From Candidatus Latescibacterota bacterium (GTDB lineage Bacteria > Latescibacterota > UBA2968 > UBA8231), in the NCBI GenBank assembly GCA_965243025.1, contig CBDETY010000003.1, positions 4,096,001 through 4,160,000 on the forward strand: 64,000 nt of DNA, read 5' to 3'. The position numbers and the translations under genes are program-made. Positions 34,718 to 44,754 of the stretch are shown in pieces. The notes under the pieces are model-generated. The model ran no database searches, had not been told where the DNA came from, and worked only from the letters and a program-made list of their open reading frames with translations. Each line of letters opens with the position of its first letter. Within the stretch, counting starts at the first letter, position 1.

Positions 34718-36049
34718 CTGGAAGCGACATTCCGACAGCCGCAGGAATCCACCGGACATTCGCCCGAGTCCGCCCTCCTCGTCGGCCTCTCGCTACCCGA
34801 CACGCCGCGCGGGGAAACCGAGGATTCGATCGACGAGCTCTCGCGTCTGGTCACCACGGCGACGATCGAGGTGGCCGGCGTCGTCACCCAGGCGCGCCCG
34901 CGCATCGAGCCCCGCTATTACATAGGCAAGGGCAAAGCGGAAGAGCTCAAGTCCAGGGCCTCAGCGGCCGGTGCCGGGATGATCGTCTTCGACAGCGATC
35001 TCACCCCGGCGCAGATGCGCAACCTCGAAAAACTCACCGACCTGCGCATTCTCGACCGCAGCGCCATCATCCTCGACATCTTCTCCCAGCACGCGCGCAC
35101 CCGGACCTCGCAGGTCCAGGTCGAGCTCGCCCAGCTGAATTACCTGCTGCCGCGCCTGACCCGGCAGTGGACCCACCTCTCGCGACAGGCCGGCGGCGGC
35201 GCCATCCGCGGCATGGGAGCGGCCGGGGTGCGCGGTCCCGGCGAAACGCAGCTCGAGACCGACCGCCGCATGATCCGCCGCCGCATAGGGGCGCTGACCC
35301 GCGAGCTCGACCGCATCGACAGCCAGTTCGAGACCAGCCGCAAGGGGCGGAGGCAGGAGCTTCGGGTGGCCCTGGTCGGCTACACCAACGCCGGCAAGTC
35401 GACGTTGATGAGGGCCCTGTCCGGGGCCGACGTGCTCGTCGAGGACCAGCTCTTCGCCACCCTGGACTCGACGACGCGCTCCGTCGACCTGGAGGGCAAG
35501 CGGAAGATCCTGCTGACCGACACGGTCGGATTCATCAGGCGGCTGCCCCACCACCTCGTCGCCTCCTTTCGCGCCACCCTCGAGGAGGCGGCGCAGGCCG
35601 ACCTGCTGCTGCACGTCATCGACGCCAGCCACCCCCACTGGCGCGGGCACGCCGACACCGTCGCCGAAGTCCTGTCGGCGCTGGGCGCCGCGGACAATCC
35701 GGTGATCGAGGTGCACAACAAGCTCGACCGGATGGGAGAGGAGGGAGACCTCTACGCCCGCTCGCTGCTCTCGGAGCCCGGCAAGGTCGCGGTATCCGCG
35801 CTCAGCGGCGAGGGGCTCGACCTGCTGAAGGAGAAGATCCGCTTCTACTGCGAGGAGCGGGAGGTCACCCTCGACCTGCGCATCCCGCAGAGTGAGGGGC
35901 GGCTCCTGTCGCAGCTGTTCGACCAGGGGCAGGTCCTCGAACGCAGGTACGATTCTGAAGAAGTGCGGGTCAGGGTGAGGCTCGACGCGGTCCGGGCCGA
36001 GCGCTGGCAGCTGGATCGGTACGCCGCGGAAGCCGGCAAATCGGGTTAG
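34718..36049 (+). CDS. hflX: GTPase HflX (probable CTG start)
   Basis: YIGKGK, GPGETQLETDRR, GYTNAGKST, LFATLD, DTVGFI, NKLD. Confidence 0.93.
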   Translation: MEATFRQPQESTGHSPESALLVGLSLPDTPRGETEDSIDELSRLVTTATIEVAGVVTQARPRIEPRYYIGKGKAEELKSRASAAGAGMIVFDSDLTPAQMRNLEKLTDLRILDRSAIILDIFSQHARTRTSQVQVELAQLNYLLPRLTRQWTHLSRQAGGGAIRGMGAAGVRGPGETQLETDRRMIRRRIGALTRELDRIDSQFETSRKGRRQELRVALVGYTNAGKSTLMRALSGADVLVEDQLFATLDSTTRSVDLEGKRKILLTDTVGFIRRLPHHLVASFRATLEEAAQADLLLHVIDASHPHWRGHADTVAEVLSALGAADNPVIEVHNKLDRMGEEGDLYARSLLSEPGKVAVSALSGEGLDLLKEKIRFYCEEREVTLDLRIPQSEGRLLSQLFDQGQVLERRYDSEEVRVRVRLDAVRAERWQLDRYAAEAGKSG

Positions 36050-36211
36050 TCTGCGGGTCCATCCCGGGGCGGCTCGATGCCAGATCCCGCGCCAGTTCCG
36101 CGTTGATCGGGCCGCCCTGATATCCCGGCGCGCCTTTGGGTCGGGCGCTTTGGGGAAAACGATGAAGCTGTCTTCGCCCTCGTTACTCACGGGCACAGGC
36201 AGGGTCGGGAA

Positions 36212-36802
36212 TCAGTCCTCGAGCTTGCCCTCGGCCACCGCCCTGGCGATGAGCCGCTCGGCCGCCTTCCATAACGCCGGGGCGCCCTCGGCGATGTGGC
36301 GGTTGCGGGCAACCACCTCCGCCCGCTTCACCCCGTGGCGCCTCCAGGTCTCCCCGCCGGCGCAGTAGTTCAGCAGGATCGGCTGGAAGCGGTCCAGCGC
36401 CGCGGCGAACTTCGCCTCGGGGGTCTTCCTCTCCTCGAACTCCTCCCACAGCGAGCGGTACTCCTCGGCCTGGTCCGGCGGCAGCATGCCGAACAGGCGC
36501 GCGGCAGCGGCGCGCTCTCTCTCGATCCGGTCCTCGTTCCCGCGGGTGTCGTAGGCGAAGGTGTCGCCGGCGTCGATTTCGACCACGTCGTGAAACAGCA
36601 GCATCCTGACGGCGCGCAGCAGGTCGATCTCCGCGGCGGCGTGCCCGGCGAGCAGGCAGGCCATCAGCGCCAGGTGCCAGGAGTGCTCGGCGTCGTTCTC
36701 CTGGCGGCGGTCGGAAATCAGCAGGGTCTGGCGCAGGACCTGCTTGAGCTTGTCGACCTCGACGATGAACTCGATCTGCGCGGTCAGCGGGTCCGTTTCC
36801 AT
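36212..36802 (-). CDS. HD-domain phosphohydrolase (HD_3/YfbR-like)
   Basis: ENDAEHSWHL, HDVVEIDAGD, AAALDRFQP. Confidence 0.9.
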   Translation of the reverse strand: METDPLTAQIEFIVEVDKLKQVLRQTLLISDRRQENDAEHSWHLALMACLLAGHAAAEIDLLRAVRMLLFHDVVEIDAGDTFAYDTRGNEDRIERERAAAARLFGMLPPDQAEEYRSLWEEFEERKTPEAKFAAALDRFQPILLNYCAGGETWRRHGVKRAEVVARNRHIAEGAPALWKAAERLIARAVAEGKLED

Positions 36803-36936
36803 TTCTGGAGGGGTTCTGCCTGAGACGTTTTACGTTCAACAGCGCCTGAATTCCCGGAGACTTGGGGTTACGTCAGACCCGGCCCATTCCAAGTCTGGGA
36901 CGAATTCCCGAACCGCCCGACCTGCGGCCAGGCGCG

Positions 36937-37845
36937 CTACTCTTCGGTTTCCTGGAACTGGTCGATCAGCCCGGAGACCTGGGGATGGGCGGCCATCCCC
37001 CTGCCCGGGTGGATGATCAGGCGGTAGGAGAAGCTCTCCCTGCGGCCCGCCGGAATCGTCAGGCTCTCGTCGACGCTCTCGTCCCCCTTGAAGTCGTGCG
37101 CCCCGAAGGGATTGGCGGTGAACAGCCCGTAGCCGCGCACGTGCCAGTAGGTCGGGTGGCGAGGGTTGGTCCTGTGGTCGACGACGGTGTGCCCCCACTG
37201 CTCTCCGCTGGCCAGCGGTCCGGAGTAGTCGACCCAGGCGGCCCGCTTCCCCCAGGTGGTCTCCTCTCCTTCGCCGCTGTCGTACACGTCCCCTTCCGAG
37301 TTCTCGATGCGGCCCTTCTCCTTTGCGTCCATCGAGGTCGGCACGCGGATCGAGAACAGGCCCCCCTCCTTGGTGTCGCCGAAGGTGACGCCGCCGTGCA
37401 CGGCGCGGTACTCGCTGCGCAGATCGATGACGCGCAGTTCCCCCTTCGCGCAGATCCAGAGGCTGCGGCGCTCCTCGAGGAGCTTCTCCCCTTCCGGGCC
37501 GAACCAGTCGACGATGCCGTCGATGGTCGCCACGTCTCCGACGACGCCGACCACCGGCTCCCCCCGCTGCAGCATGGCCCCGTGGCCGACCCCCTCGTCC
37601 CAGACGTTGTGGCCGTTGACCAGCCCGTGGGCTACGTAGATGCTGCGGTGGTGGTAGTGGTCGTCGGTCTCCCCCCCGATCCGCTCCGTCGGAAAGCCGC
37701 GCGTCAGCCGCTGCCCGTCCGGCGTCAGGACCGGGTAGAGGTAGGGCCGGCAGAGGTAGTGGCCGTAGCGGTACTCGGTGAAAAGCGACCCGTCCATGGT
37801 GACGGCGGCCTTGCATTCTTCGGGAAGGAGCTGGATGTCGATCAT
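36937..37845 (-). CDS. DUF6807/PmoA-family protein
   Basis: RPYLYPV, DHYHHRS, FGDTKEG, WHVRGYGLFTANPFG. Confidence 0.8.
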   Translation of the reverse strand: MIDIQLLPEECKAAVTMDGSLFTEYRYGHYLCRPYLYPVLTPDGQRLTRGFPTERIGGETDDHYHHRSIYVAHGLVNGHNVWDEGVGHGAMLQRGEPVVGVVGDVATIDGIVDWFGPEGEKLLEERRSLWICAKGELRVIDLRSEYRAVHGGVTFGDTKEGGLFSIRVPTSMDAKEKGRIENSEGDVYDSGEGEETTWGKRAAWVDYSGPLASGEQWGHTVVDHRTNPRHPTYWHVRGYGLFTANPFGAHDFKGDESVDESLTIPAGRRESFSYRLIIHPGRGMAAHPQVSGLIDQFQETEE

Positions 37846-37902
37846 GCCACCTCGGTTCGATTGTTCTTTTTGGATTGAGGAAGAACGCGGCCTGCGGCGG
37901 TT

Positions 37903-39234
37903 TCAGGCGCCACAGCAGCGTTTGTGCTTGCGGCCGCTGCCGCACGGGCAGGGGTCGTTGCGGCCGGGGGGCCTCACGGAGGCGGCCGCCTTGCGCCGGT
38001 CGCGCTCGCGCGCCCACTCCATGACGTGGGCGGCGGGCCGGCCCCGCTGCAGTTCCCGCGCCATGAACTCCATGTACGGCGCCACGTGGGCGAAGTAGAT
38101 CTTGTACCCCTTGCACAGGTAGTTGAGGCCCTGCTCCCCGTCCGGCGTCCGCGTGAAGCGGTGCTTGGGGCAGCCGCCGTTGCAGGCGAAGCGGAAGTCG
38201 CATTCGCGGCAGTAGCGCGGCAGGGTGTCCCGCTTGTCGGTCCCGAACTTGCGCTGCTGGGCGCCGGCGACCATCTCGCGGATCGAGTGGTCGCGCACGT
38301 TGCCGAGGTTGTACTCGGGATACACGAAGTGGTCGCACGAGTAGAGGTCGCCGTTGTGCTCGATGATCAGGGCGTTGCCGCAGGTCTCGGCAAAGATGCA
38401 GAGACTGGCGTCCTGGCCGAGCCAGGATCCCAGCGAGACATCGAAGATCTGCACGAAGAACCGCCCGACGTCGGCGCGCACCCACTCGTCGAAGACCCCG
38501 CACAGGAACCTGCCGTACTGCGCCGAGCCGACCGACCATTTCGTCACCTGCGCGCGGCCCTCGAAGGCCGGGTCGATCAGGGTCAGCTCGTCTTCGGTTG
38601 CAGCCTCTGCGGCGCGCTCGACGATCGGGATGAACTGCATGAAGCCGCTGCCGATATCCTTGAGGAAGCGGTACACGGCCTGGGGATGTTCGGCGTTGTG
38701 GTTCTGCAGAACGGTGAGGGTGTTGTACTCGACCTTGTGTTTCTCGAGCACCTCGAGGCCGGCCATCACCCGGTCGAAGGTCGGCTTCTGCCCCTTGTCG
38801 ACCCGGTAGCGGTCGTGCAGCTCGCGCGGGCCGTCGATGGAGAGGCCGATCAGGAAGTCCTCCTGCGCGAGGAACTCCCCCCACTCGTCGTCCAGCAGGA
38901 TGCCGTTGGTCTGGAAGGCGTTGGTGACCGTCTTGCCGTCGGCGTAGCGCTTCTGCAGCTCGACGGCGCGGCGGTAGAAATCGACCCCGAGCAGGGTCGG
39001 CTCCCCGCCCTGCCAGGCGAAGTTCACCGCGGGCACGTCCTGGGCCTCGATGTACTGCCTGACGTAGAGCTCGAGCACCTCGTCGCTCATGCGCCAGTTC
39101 TTGCGCGCCTGGGGATACAGCTTCTCCTTCTCGAGATAGAAGCAGTAGGTGCAGTCGATGTTGCAGACCGAGCCGGACGGCTTGGCCATCACGTGGCTGG
39201 CGGCGGGTGCTTCTGCTGTGGGGGCTTGCGGCAT
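37903..39234 (-). CDS. Anaerobic sulfatase maturase (radical SAM/SPASM, C-terminal SEC-C)
   Basis: CNIDCTYCFY, WQGGEPTL, YSCDHFV, CNGGCPK, GRNDPCPCGSG. Confidence 0.93.
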   Translation of the reverse strand: MPQAPTAEAPAASHVMAKPSGSVCNIDCTYCFYLEKEKLYPQARKNWRMSDEVLELYVRQYIEAQDVPAVNFAWQGGEPTLLGVDFYRRAVELQKRYADGKTVTNAFQTNGILLDDEWGEFLAQEDFLIGLSIDGPRELHDRYRVDKGQKPTFDRVMAGLEVLEKHKVEYNTLTVLQNHNAEHPQAVYRFLKDIGSGFMQFIPIVERAAEAATEDELTLIDPAFEGRAQVTKWSVGSAQYGRFLCGVFDEWVRADVGRFFVQIFDVSLGSWLGQDASLCIFAETCGNALIIEHNGDLYSCDHFVYPEYNLGNVRDHSIREMVAGAQQRKFGTDKRDTLPRYCRECDFRFACNGGCPKHRFTRTPDGEQGLNYLCKGYKIYFAHVAPYMEFMARELQRGRPAAHVMEWARERDRRKAAASVRPPGRNDPCPCGSGRKHKRCCGA

Positions 39235-39609
39235 GCGCTGGAATCGATTTCGGGAAGGATGGCGGCGCGTACGATACGGCAGCCATACCCGGGCAGCAAC
39301 TGCGATTCAGCCCGAAGAGCCCCGGCCGGGTTGCTGCCTGCCATAACAAGTCGATCCCAGGGCGTGCGCCCCGGGCTGCGGCCGGCAGCGCCCGGGTGGT
39401 ATCTTCTGGATCTGCTTCTCCCGCATCCCGACCTGGTGCCTGGCGGGCAATCAAGCGTAATGACGAGGGTGCCGATGCGCCCGGCTCCCAAAGCGCCTGG
39501 GCGAGTCGTACCGAGGGTGTACGGCGAGAGAAGGCAACGGCGTGAGCCGGGATGTATCCCGGAACCCGTTACCGCCTCCCCGGGCATCCCAACCTGATAC
39601 CCATTCCTC

Positions 39610-40311
39610 ATGAGAACCGTATTCGTCGGCGACGTCCACGGATGCAGCGGCGAGCTGCGCCGCCTGCTGAGGGAGGTCGGCTTCGACACCGGGGCCGACC
39701 GCCTGCTGCTGACCGGCGACGCCTTCAGCCGCGGCCCCGACCCTGCCGGGGTGTGGCATGCCATCGCGGACACCGGGGCGGAGATGGTCCTCGGCAACCA
39801 CGACGACCGGGTGCTGCGCCAGCTCGGCCGGCTCGCCCGGGGAGAGGAGGTCGAGTTCCGCAAGCCGGATCACCGGACGACGGTGGAGCAGCTGCGGCCC
39901 GTCGCCGGCGAACTTCTCCCCTGGCTGCGGCAGGTTCCGCTCTGGATCGAGGGGGAGGAGTTCCTTCTCGTCCACGCCGGCATCGACCCGGAAGCCGGGC
40001 TCGCCGGCACCACGAGGGAGCAGTTCCTCCGCATCCGCCTGTGGCCCCCCGGGCGGGGGGTCGACGGACCGCGCTGGCACCAGCATGTCGAGCCCCCTGC
40101 AGGCACCATCGTCTTCGGACACGACGCCCCGGGCGGCCTGGTGCGCGTCTTTCGCGAAGGGGAATCGGAAGCCGCGGGAGATCCGCCCTGCCTGCTCGGG
40201 CTCGACACCGGCTGCGTGTACGGCGGGCGCCTCAGCGCCTGGCTGCTGGAGGAGCGCCGCCTCGTGCAGGTCGACAGCGAGCGGGCCTGGTTCGGGAGCG
40301 CGGATCGATGA
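39610..40311 (+). CDS. Metallophosphoesterase (ApaH/PPP-like)
   Basis: GDVHG, GDAFSRGP, GNHD, VHAG, FGH, LDTGCVYGG. Confidence 0.9.
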   Translation: MRTVFVGDVHGCSGELRRLLREVGFDTGADRLLLTGDAFSRGPDPAGVWHAIADTGAEMVLGNHDDRVLRQLGRLARGEEVEFRKPDHRTTVEQLRPVAGELLPWLRQVPLWIEGEEFLLVHAGIDPEAGLAGTTREQFLRIRLWPPGRGVDGPRWHQHVEPPAGTIVFGHDAPGGLVRVFREGESEAAGDPPCLLGLDTGCVYGGRLSAWLLEERRLVQVDSERAWFGSADR

Positions 40312-40438
40312 GTATGCCCTGCAGGGGAGGCCGGCATGCAGGCAAGGGCGCGCGACCGGGTCGAGCCGCAAGGTATTCGAGCGAAAGCGCAACGGGGCTG
40401 CGATCCCCGGGCAGGCGCCGGCCGGATGGACTTCCAGG

Positions 40439-40613
40439 GGCTGAAAGTCAGCCCCCGTCGCGGCTGACCGGGTTCGCCAGGCCACCCTCATCTACTCCGG
40501 GTGGAACGTCAGGCGCGGGCGCGGCTGGTCGGGCTGGCCGGCAGGTCCGCCAACCTGCCCTCAAACGGTCCGGCTGAAAGTCAGCCCCCGGCGCGGCTGA
40601 CCAGGTTCGCCAG
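40439..40613. repeat. 42-bp direct repeat (40439-40480 and 40572-40613)
   Basis: 40 of 42 bases identical. The second copy contains the stop codon of the C26 hydrolase. Confidence 0.85.
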
Positions 40614-40930
40614 CAGATTGTCGGCCAGGGGGCTCTCCATCCGCTCCGGGTGGAACTGGACCCCGATGACGCGGCCGTCGGCTGTCTCGATCGACTCGAT
40701 CAGCCCGTCCGGGCTTCGCGAGCTCACCCGCAGTCCCGCACCCACCTCGGCGAGCGCCTGAATGTGGAAGCTGTTCACCAGGGGGCTCTCGTCGCCGCCG
40801 CACAGCTCCCGCAGCCTGGTCCCCGGCTCAACCTCGATCCGGTGCTCGACCTGCTGCCCCCGGGTCCGTTTGGGCGAATGCGGCCGCGCCCGCAGCTCCT
40901 TCTCGGCGTCGCCGCAGATGGTGCCGCCTA

Positions 40931-42098
40931 GTGTCCTGTCGTGTAAGTAACTGTACAAACAATTGAAGGTGCCGTAGGTTTCTCTTGATCCTCTTTCTGA
41001 AAGGAGAGACCTATGGTGACGGGGCGTCCATTAACGCCGTTAGAGCTGAGTCCGTCGGACCGGGAACGATTGGAATCGATGGCCAAATCACGGAGCCTTT
41101 CCCACGGGTTGGTGCGGCGAGCCGAGATTATTCTGCTGGCCGCCGAAGGCTGGCCCAATGAAGCCGTCGCGGCCGCGGTGGGTGTGACGCGTGCTACGGT
41201 CGGCAAGTGGCGCCGGCGCTTTCTCGAAAACGGGCTCCAAGGCTTGTATGATGAGCTGCGCTCAGGGGCGCCGCGATCGATCACGGACGAGCAGGTAGCC
41301 GAGGTGGTATACAAGACCCTGAAGACCAAGCCCAAAGACCAAACCCAGTGGTCGCTGCGCTCCATGGGCGAGGAAACCGGCCTGACCAAGGATGCCGTTC
41401 ATCGCATTTGGCGCACGTATGGTTTGCAGCCCCACCGACACAAGCACTTCAAGCTTTCCACCGATCCTTTCTTTGTCGACAAAGTACGGGATATCGTCGG
41501 CTTATACCTGAATCCCCCCGAGCACGCCATGGTGCTGTGCGTGGACGAGAAGAGCCAGATCCAGGCGTTGGAACGAAGTCAGCCCATGCTGCCCCTGGGA
41601 CTGGGATACGTGGAAGGGGTAACGCACGACTACAAGCGGCATGGCACCACCACCCTGTTCGCCGCACTGGACATCGCCACCGGCGCCGTGATGACCCAGT
41701 GCAAGTCTCGTCATCGTCACCAGGAGTTCCTCCAGTTCCTGCGCCACATTGAGGCCAACGTCCCCGCTGACCTGGATATTCATCTTGTCGTCGACAACTA
41801 CGCCACGCATAAGCATGCCAAGGTCAAGCGATGGCTGGCACGGCGGCCTCGATTTCACGTTCACTACACCCCCACCTATGCTTCGTGGCTCAACCAAGTG
41901 GAGATTTGGTTCAGCATCATTACCCGCCAAGCTCTTCGCCGGGACTCGTTCCGTAAGGTGTCAGAGCTCATCGGGCGGATCGAACGCTACACGGCCAAAT
42001 GGAACGCCAACGCACACCCGTTCGTCTGGACGGCTACGGCCGATTCCATCCTTGCGAAAATCAAGAGACTTTGCGAACGAATCTCTGCGACACAACAC
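40931..42098 (+). mobile_element. IS630-family insertion sequence
   Basis: TA duplication (40929-40930 and 42099-42100) at a CTAG target, imperfect terminal repeats GTGT..TGTCG, lower GC than its surroundings. Confidence 0.95.
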
Positions 42099-42101
42099 TA
42101 G
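41013..42101 (+). CDS. IS630 transposase
   Basis: N-terminal [47 protein letters not shown] (DDE). The stop uses the duplicated target. Confidence 0.95.
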   Translation: MVTGRPLTPLELSPSDRERLESMAKSRSLSHGLVRRAEIILLAAEGWPNEAVAAAVGVTRATVGKWRRRFLENGLQGLYDELRSGAPRSITDEQVAEVVYKTLKTKPKDQTQWSLRSMGEETGLTKDAVHRIWRTYGLQPHRHKHFKLSTDPFFVDKVRDIVGLYLNPPEHAMVLCVDEKSQIQALERSQPMLPLGLGYVEGVTHDYKRHGTTTLFAALDIATGAVMTQCKSRHRHQEFLQFLRHIEANVPADLDIHLVVDNYATHKHAKVKRWLARRPRFHVHYTPTYASWLNQVEIWFSIITRQALRRDSFRKVSELIGRIERYTAKWNANAHPFVWTATADSILAKIKRLCERISATQH

Positions 42102-42453
42102 ATGGGCGTTTATCAACTGCATGCCGAAGCAGATGCCGAGCACCGGGCGCTCCGTCGTCAGGAACGCCTCCAGGGCCCGGCGATCCCGCCGGGTGCGCTC
42201 GGGGGATTCCTCGGGCAGGTCCTCCGGCAGCTTTCCGGTGAGCCCTTCCACGATCCCGTTCCCCCCGGTGATGACGAGGCCGTCGAGAGCGGCGACCGCC
42301 GGCTGCAGCGCCTCCTCCGGGACGGCCGGCAGCAGCACCGGGGCGCCCCCGGCCCAGACCACGGCATCGACGTAGCCCCGGTCGACCTGCTGGGCGGCGG
42401 ACTCGCGGTCGTAGGAGGCGGTGATGCCGATGAGGGGGCGTGCCACCGGGAGC

Positions 42454-43755
42454 TCAGGTGCCGGCGTGCAGGCGGGCGAAGACGATGGCGTCGTCGAGAA
42501 CCGACAGGGCGGCGAAGGTGCGGATGTCGGTGCGGCTTGGATCGAGGTTCGCGATCGCTTTCGCGAAGAACTTCTCCTGGCGCTCGTTGCCCGGCGAGTA
42601 CTCCGTCAGGCGCTCGTTGTGCGCGGCGATTTCCGCGTCGCCCAGGTCGAGACGGCTGCCGAGCCAGGCGGCGAACCCCTCGTCGGTGGGGTGCTCTTTC
42701 GCGGCGCCCACCACCTCTTCCTGGGTGAGGCCGAGAAGCTCCATCACCCAGCGGTCGAACCCGGAGTCGTCGCCGAAGTAGTACAGCCCGAGGTGGCCCC
42801 TGGCGAATGCCCGGGCCTTGTCGAGCATGCGCGTCACGCCCATGACCCCGCCGATGCCGCGGTCGTAGGGACTGCGCGGCGGCCGCCGGGTGAGGTCGAC
42901 GATGCCGAAACTCTGCTGGTCGTCGATGTCGATCAGGTCGAAGAAGGTCTCGACGTCGAGCCGGTCCGGGCAGATCTCCCCGCGGCGCCTGACGAACCGC
43001 TTGCCCAGCACCGGAGTGCGAATCCCCATGTCGCACAGCTCCCCGTTCAGCATGGAAACCGTCCCCTTCGACACCTCGCAGCGCGCCGCGATCCAGTCGC
43101 TGAGCTCGTCGTCGTTCGGGTTCCCGTACGCCCCTTCCGCGAACTCCTCCTCGGAGATGTCGAGGGTCTCGAGAATGCGGTGGTCGAGGGGGGAGACGTG
43201 GCCGTAGCGGTACTCGCCGGGCTTGCCCGACTTGACGGCACGGGCCTTGTCGGCCAGGCGCGCGGCCCCGGCGATGCCGGCGACGCTGCGCAGATAGGGG
43301 GTGCGCGGCGGCCCCGCGGTCAGGTCCATGTCGCGAAAGGCCCCCCAGTCGTCGAGCTCGATCGACTGGAACACCGTGGTGATGTCGGTGTTTCCCGGGG
43401 CGTACCTGGCGATCCTTTCGACCAGCAGGCGCTCGTGCAGCTCGTCCTGCGGCGTCTGCTCCAGGCGGAAGCGGTTGAACTCGTCGATCTCCCCGGCGCT
43501 GCGGCCGGCCTTCCGCAGAACCAGCTCTCCGAGGGCGGCGTCGTCGAGCTCGACGGCCCGCTCGATGAACTCCTCCGCCGCCATGCCGATGAACTCGAGG
43601 ACGTCCCGGTCGAGGCCGGAGTCGCTGCCGTACTTGTACTCGCCGAGCAGTTCCTCCCCGGCGGCGCGCGCCTTGTCCGTCATGCGCGCCGCGCCGACGA
43701 TGCCGGCCAAGCCGAGGTTGGAGGGCCGCCGCGGCGGCTGTCTGGTAAGGTTCAT
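42454..43755 (-). CDS. Protein with three tandem DUF5069-like repeats
   Basis: LTRQPPRRP/LTAGPPRTP/LTRRPPRSP, each followed by ARxxDKARA...Y.YG..S.LD. Confidence 0.8.
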   Translation of the reverse strand: MNLTRQPPRRPSNLGLAGIVGAARMTDKARAAGEELLGEYKYGSDSGLDRDVLEFIGMAAEEFIERAVELDDAALGELVLRKAGRSAGEIDEFNRFRLEQTPQDELHERLLVERIARYAPGNTDITTVFQSIELDDWGAFRDMDLTAGPPRTPYLRSVAGIAGAARLADKARAVKSGKPGEYRYGHVSPLDHRILETLDISEEEFAEGAYGNPNDDELSDWIAARCEVSKGTVSMLNGELCDMGIRTPVLGKRFVRRRGEICPDRLDVETFFDLIDIDDQQSFGIVDLTRRPPRSPYDRGIGGVMGVTRMLDKARAFARGHLGLYYFGDDSGFDRWVMELLGLTQEEVVGAAKEHPTDEGFAAWLGSRLDLGDAEIAAHNERLTEYSPGNERQEKFFAKAIANLDPSRTDIRTFAALSVLDDAIVFARLHAGT

Positions 43756-43943
43756 TCTGGTTCTCCTGTGTCGTTGTCTGAGTGGGGGAGGCTAAGAAAC
43801 GGGGGGCCGCGCGCAGCGACAAGGGAACGGCCGGCCCCCGGGTAGTTTGCCCGCCCGCGAGGGCGGGGCGTACCATTCGAACCTTCCGCCGCCGAGGCGG
43901 CAACCACCAAAGACAGTGCATTCATGGAGCACGGAGACGATCG

Positions 43944-44723
43944 ATGAGCCTGATGACGGAGTACCCCCCGGGAACCTTCAACTGGACCGAGCTGTCGACG
44001 ACGGACACCGACGGCGCCACCAGGTTCTACGCCGACCTGTTCGGCTGGAGCTTCGAGGAGATGCCTATGCCGGGGGAGGGCAACTCCTACCACGTGGCCA
44101 GCAGCGGCGAGCACCGGGTGGCCGGCGTATTCCACCGGGAAGACCTGCCGAAGATTCCGTTCTGGCACAGCTACGTCGCCGTCGCCAGCGCCGACGAGTG
44201 CGCGCAGAAGGCGGCCGGCCTCGGGGGCAGCGTGCTCGTCGAGCCGTTCGACGTCGGCGAAGCGGGCCGCATGGCGGTCGTCCAGGATCCCACCGGCGGC
44301 ATCTTCCAGCCCTGGCAGGCGGGACTGCAGACCGGCGCCGGGATCGCCAACGAGCCGGTCTCCCTGTGCTGGAACGAACTGCTGACCAGGGATCCGGAGG
44401 GGGCGGCGAAGTTCTACTGCGACCTGTTCGGCTGGACCGCCGAGATGACGCACAACGGCATCGTCCCCTACACCATGCTGCGCAACCAGGGCCGGGCGGC
44501 CGCCGGCATCTTCACCATCACCGGGGAGATGGAGAACGTTCCCCCGCACTGGGCGGTCTACTTTTTCGTTGCCGACGTCGACGCCACTGCTGGGAAGGCA
44601 ACGGAAACGGGCGGAGAGGTCCACCACGGACCTGCGGACATACCGGACGTCGGGCGCTTCGCCCTGCTCACCGATCCGCAGGGAGCCTTCTTCAACGTCA
44701 TCAGGATTCTCAACCCGGATTGA
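43944..44723 (+). CDS. VOC/glyoxalase family protein (two-domain, CFP32-like)
   Basis: PGTFNWTEL, FYADLFGW, GRMAVVQDPTG, repeated twice. Confidence 0.9.
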   Translation: MSLMTEYPPGTFNWTELSTTDTDGATRFYADLFGWSFEEMPMPGEGNSYHVASSGEHRVAGVFHREDLPKIPFWHSYVAVASADECAQKAAGLGGSVLVEPFDVGEAGRMAVVQDPTGGIFQPWQAGLQTGAGIANEPVSLCWNELLTRDPEGAAKFYCDLFGWTAEMTHNGIVPYTMLRNQGRAAAGIFTITGEMENVPPHWAVYFFVADVDATAGKATETGGEVHHGPADIPDVGRFALLTDPQGAFFNVIRILNPD

Positions 44724-44754
44724 GACGCCGGCGCGCCGCTGCCGCCTGGCCATC

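Larger units (their letters stand above)
40581..42446 (-). pseudogene. Gamma-glutamyl-gamma-aminobutyrate hydrolase-like (peptidase C26) gene split by IS630
   Basis: [16 protein letters not shown]|GGT junction is restored by removing the IS. C-terminal VNSFHIQA, GVQFHPE. Confidence 0.9.

Noticed and set aside
36937-37845. Methane monooxygenase subunit
   Set aside because: The PmoA name of this family is a label only. The protein is soluble-looking and no pmoB or pmoC is adjacent.
39240-39600. Long GC-rich intergenic region as an ncRNA or small gene (also 59840-60020, 61060-61300, 62870-63150)
   Set aside because: No recognisable motif, tRNA fold or repeat family, and hairpins are expected by chance at this GC.
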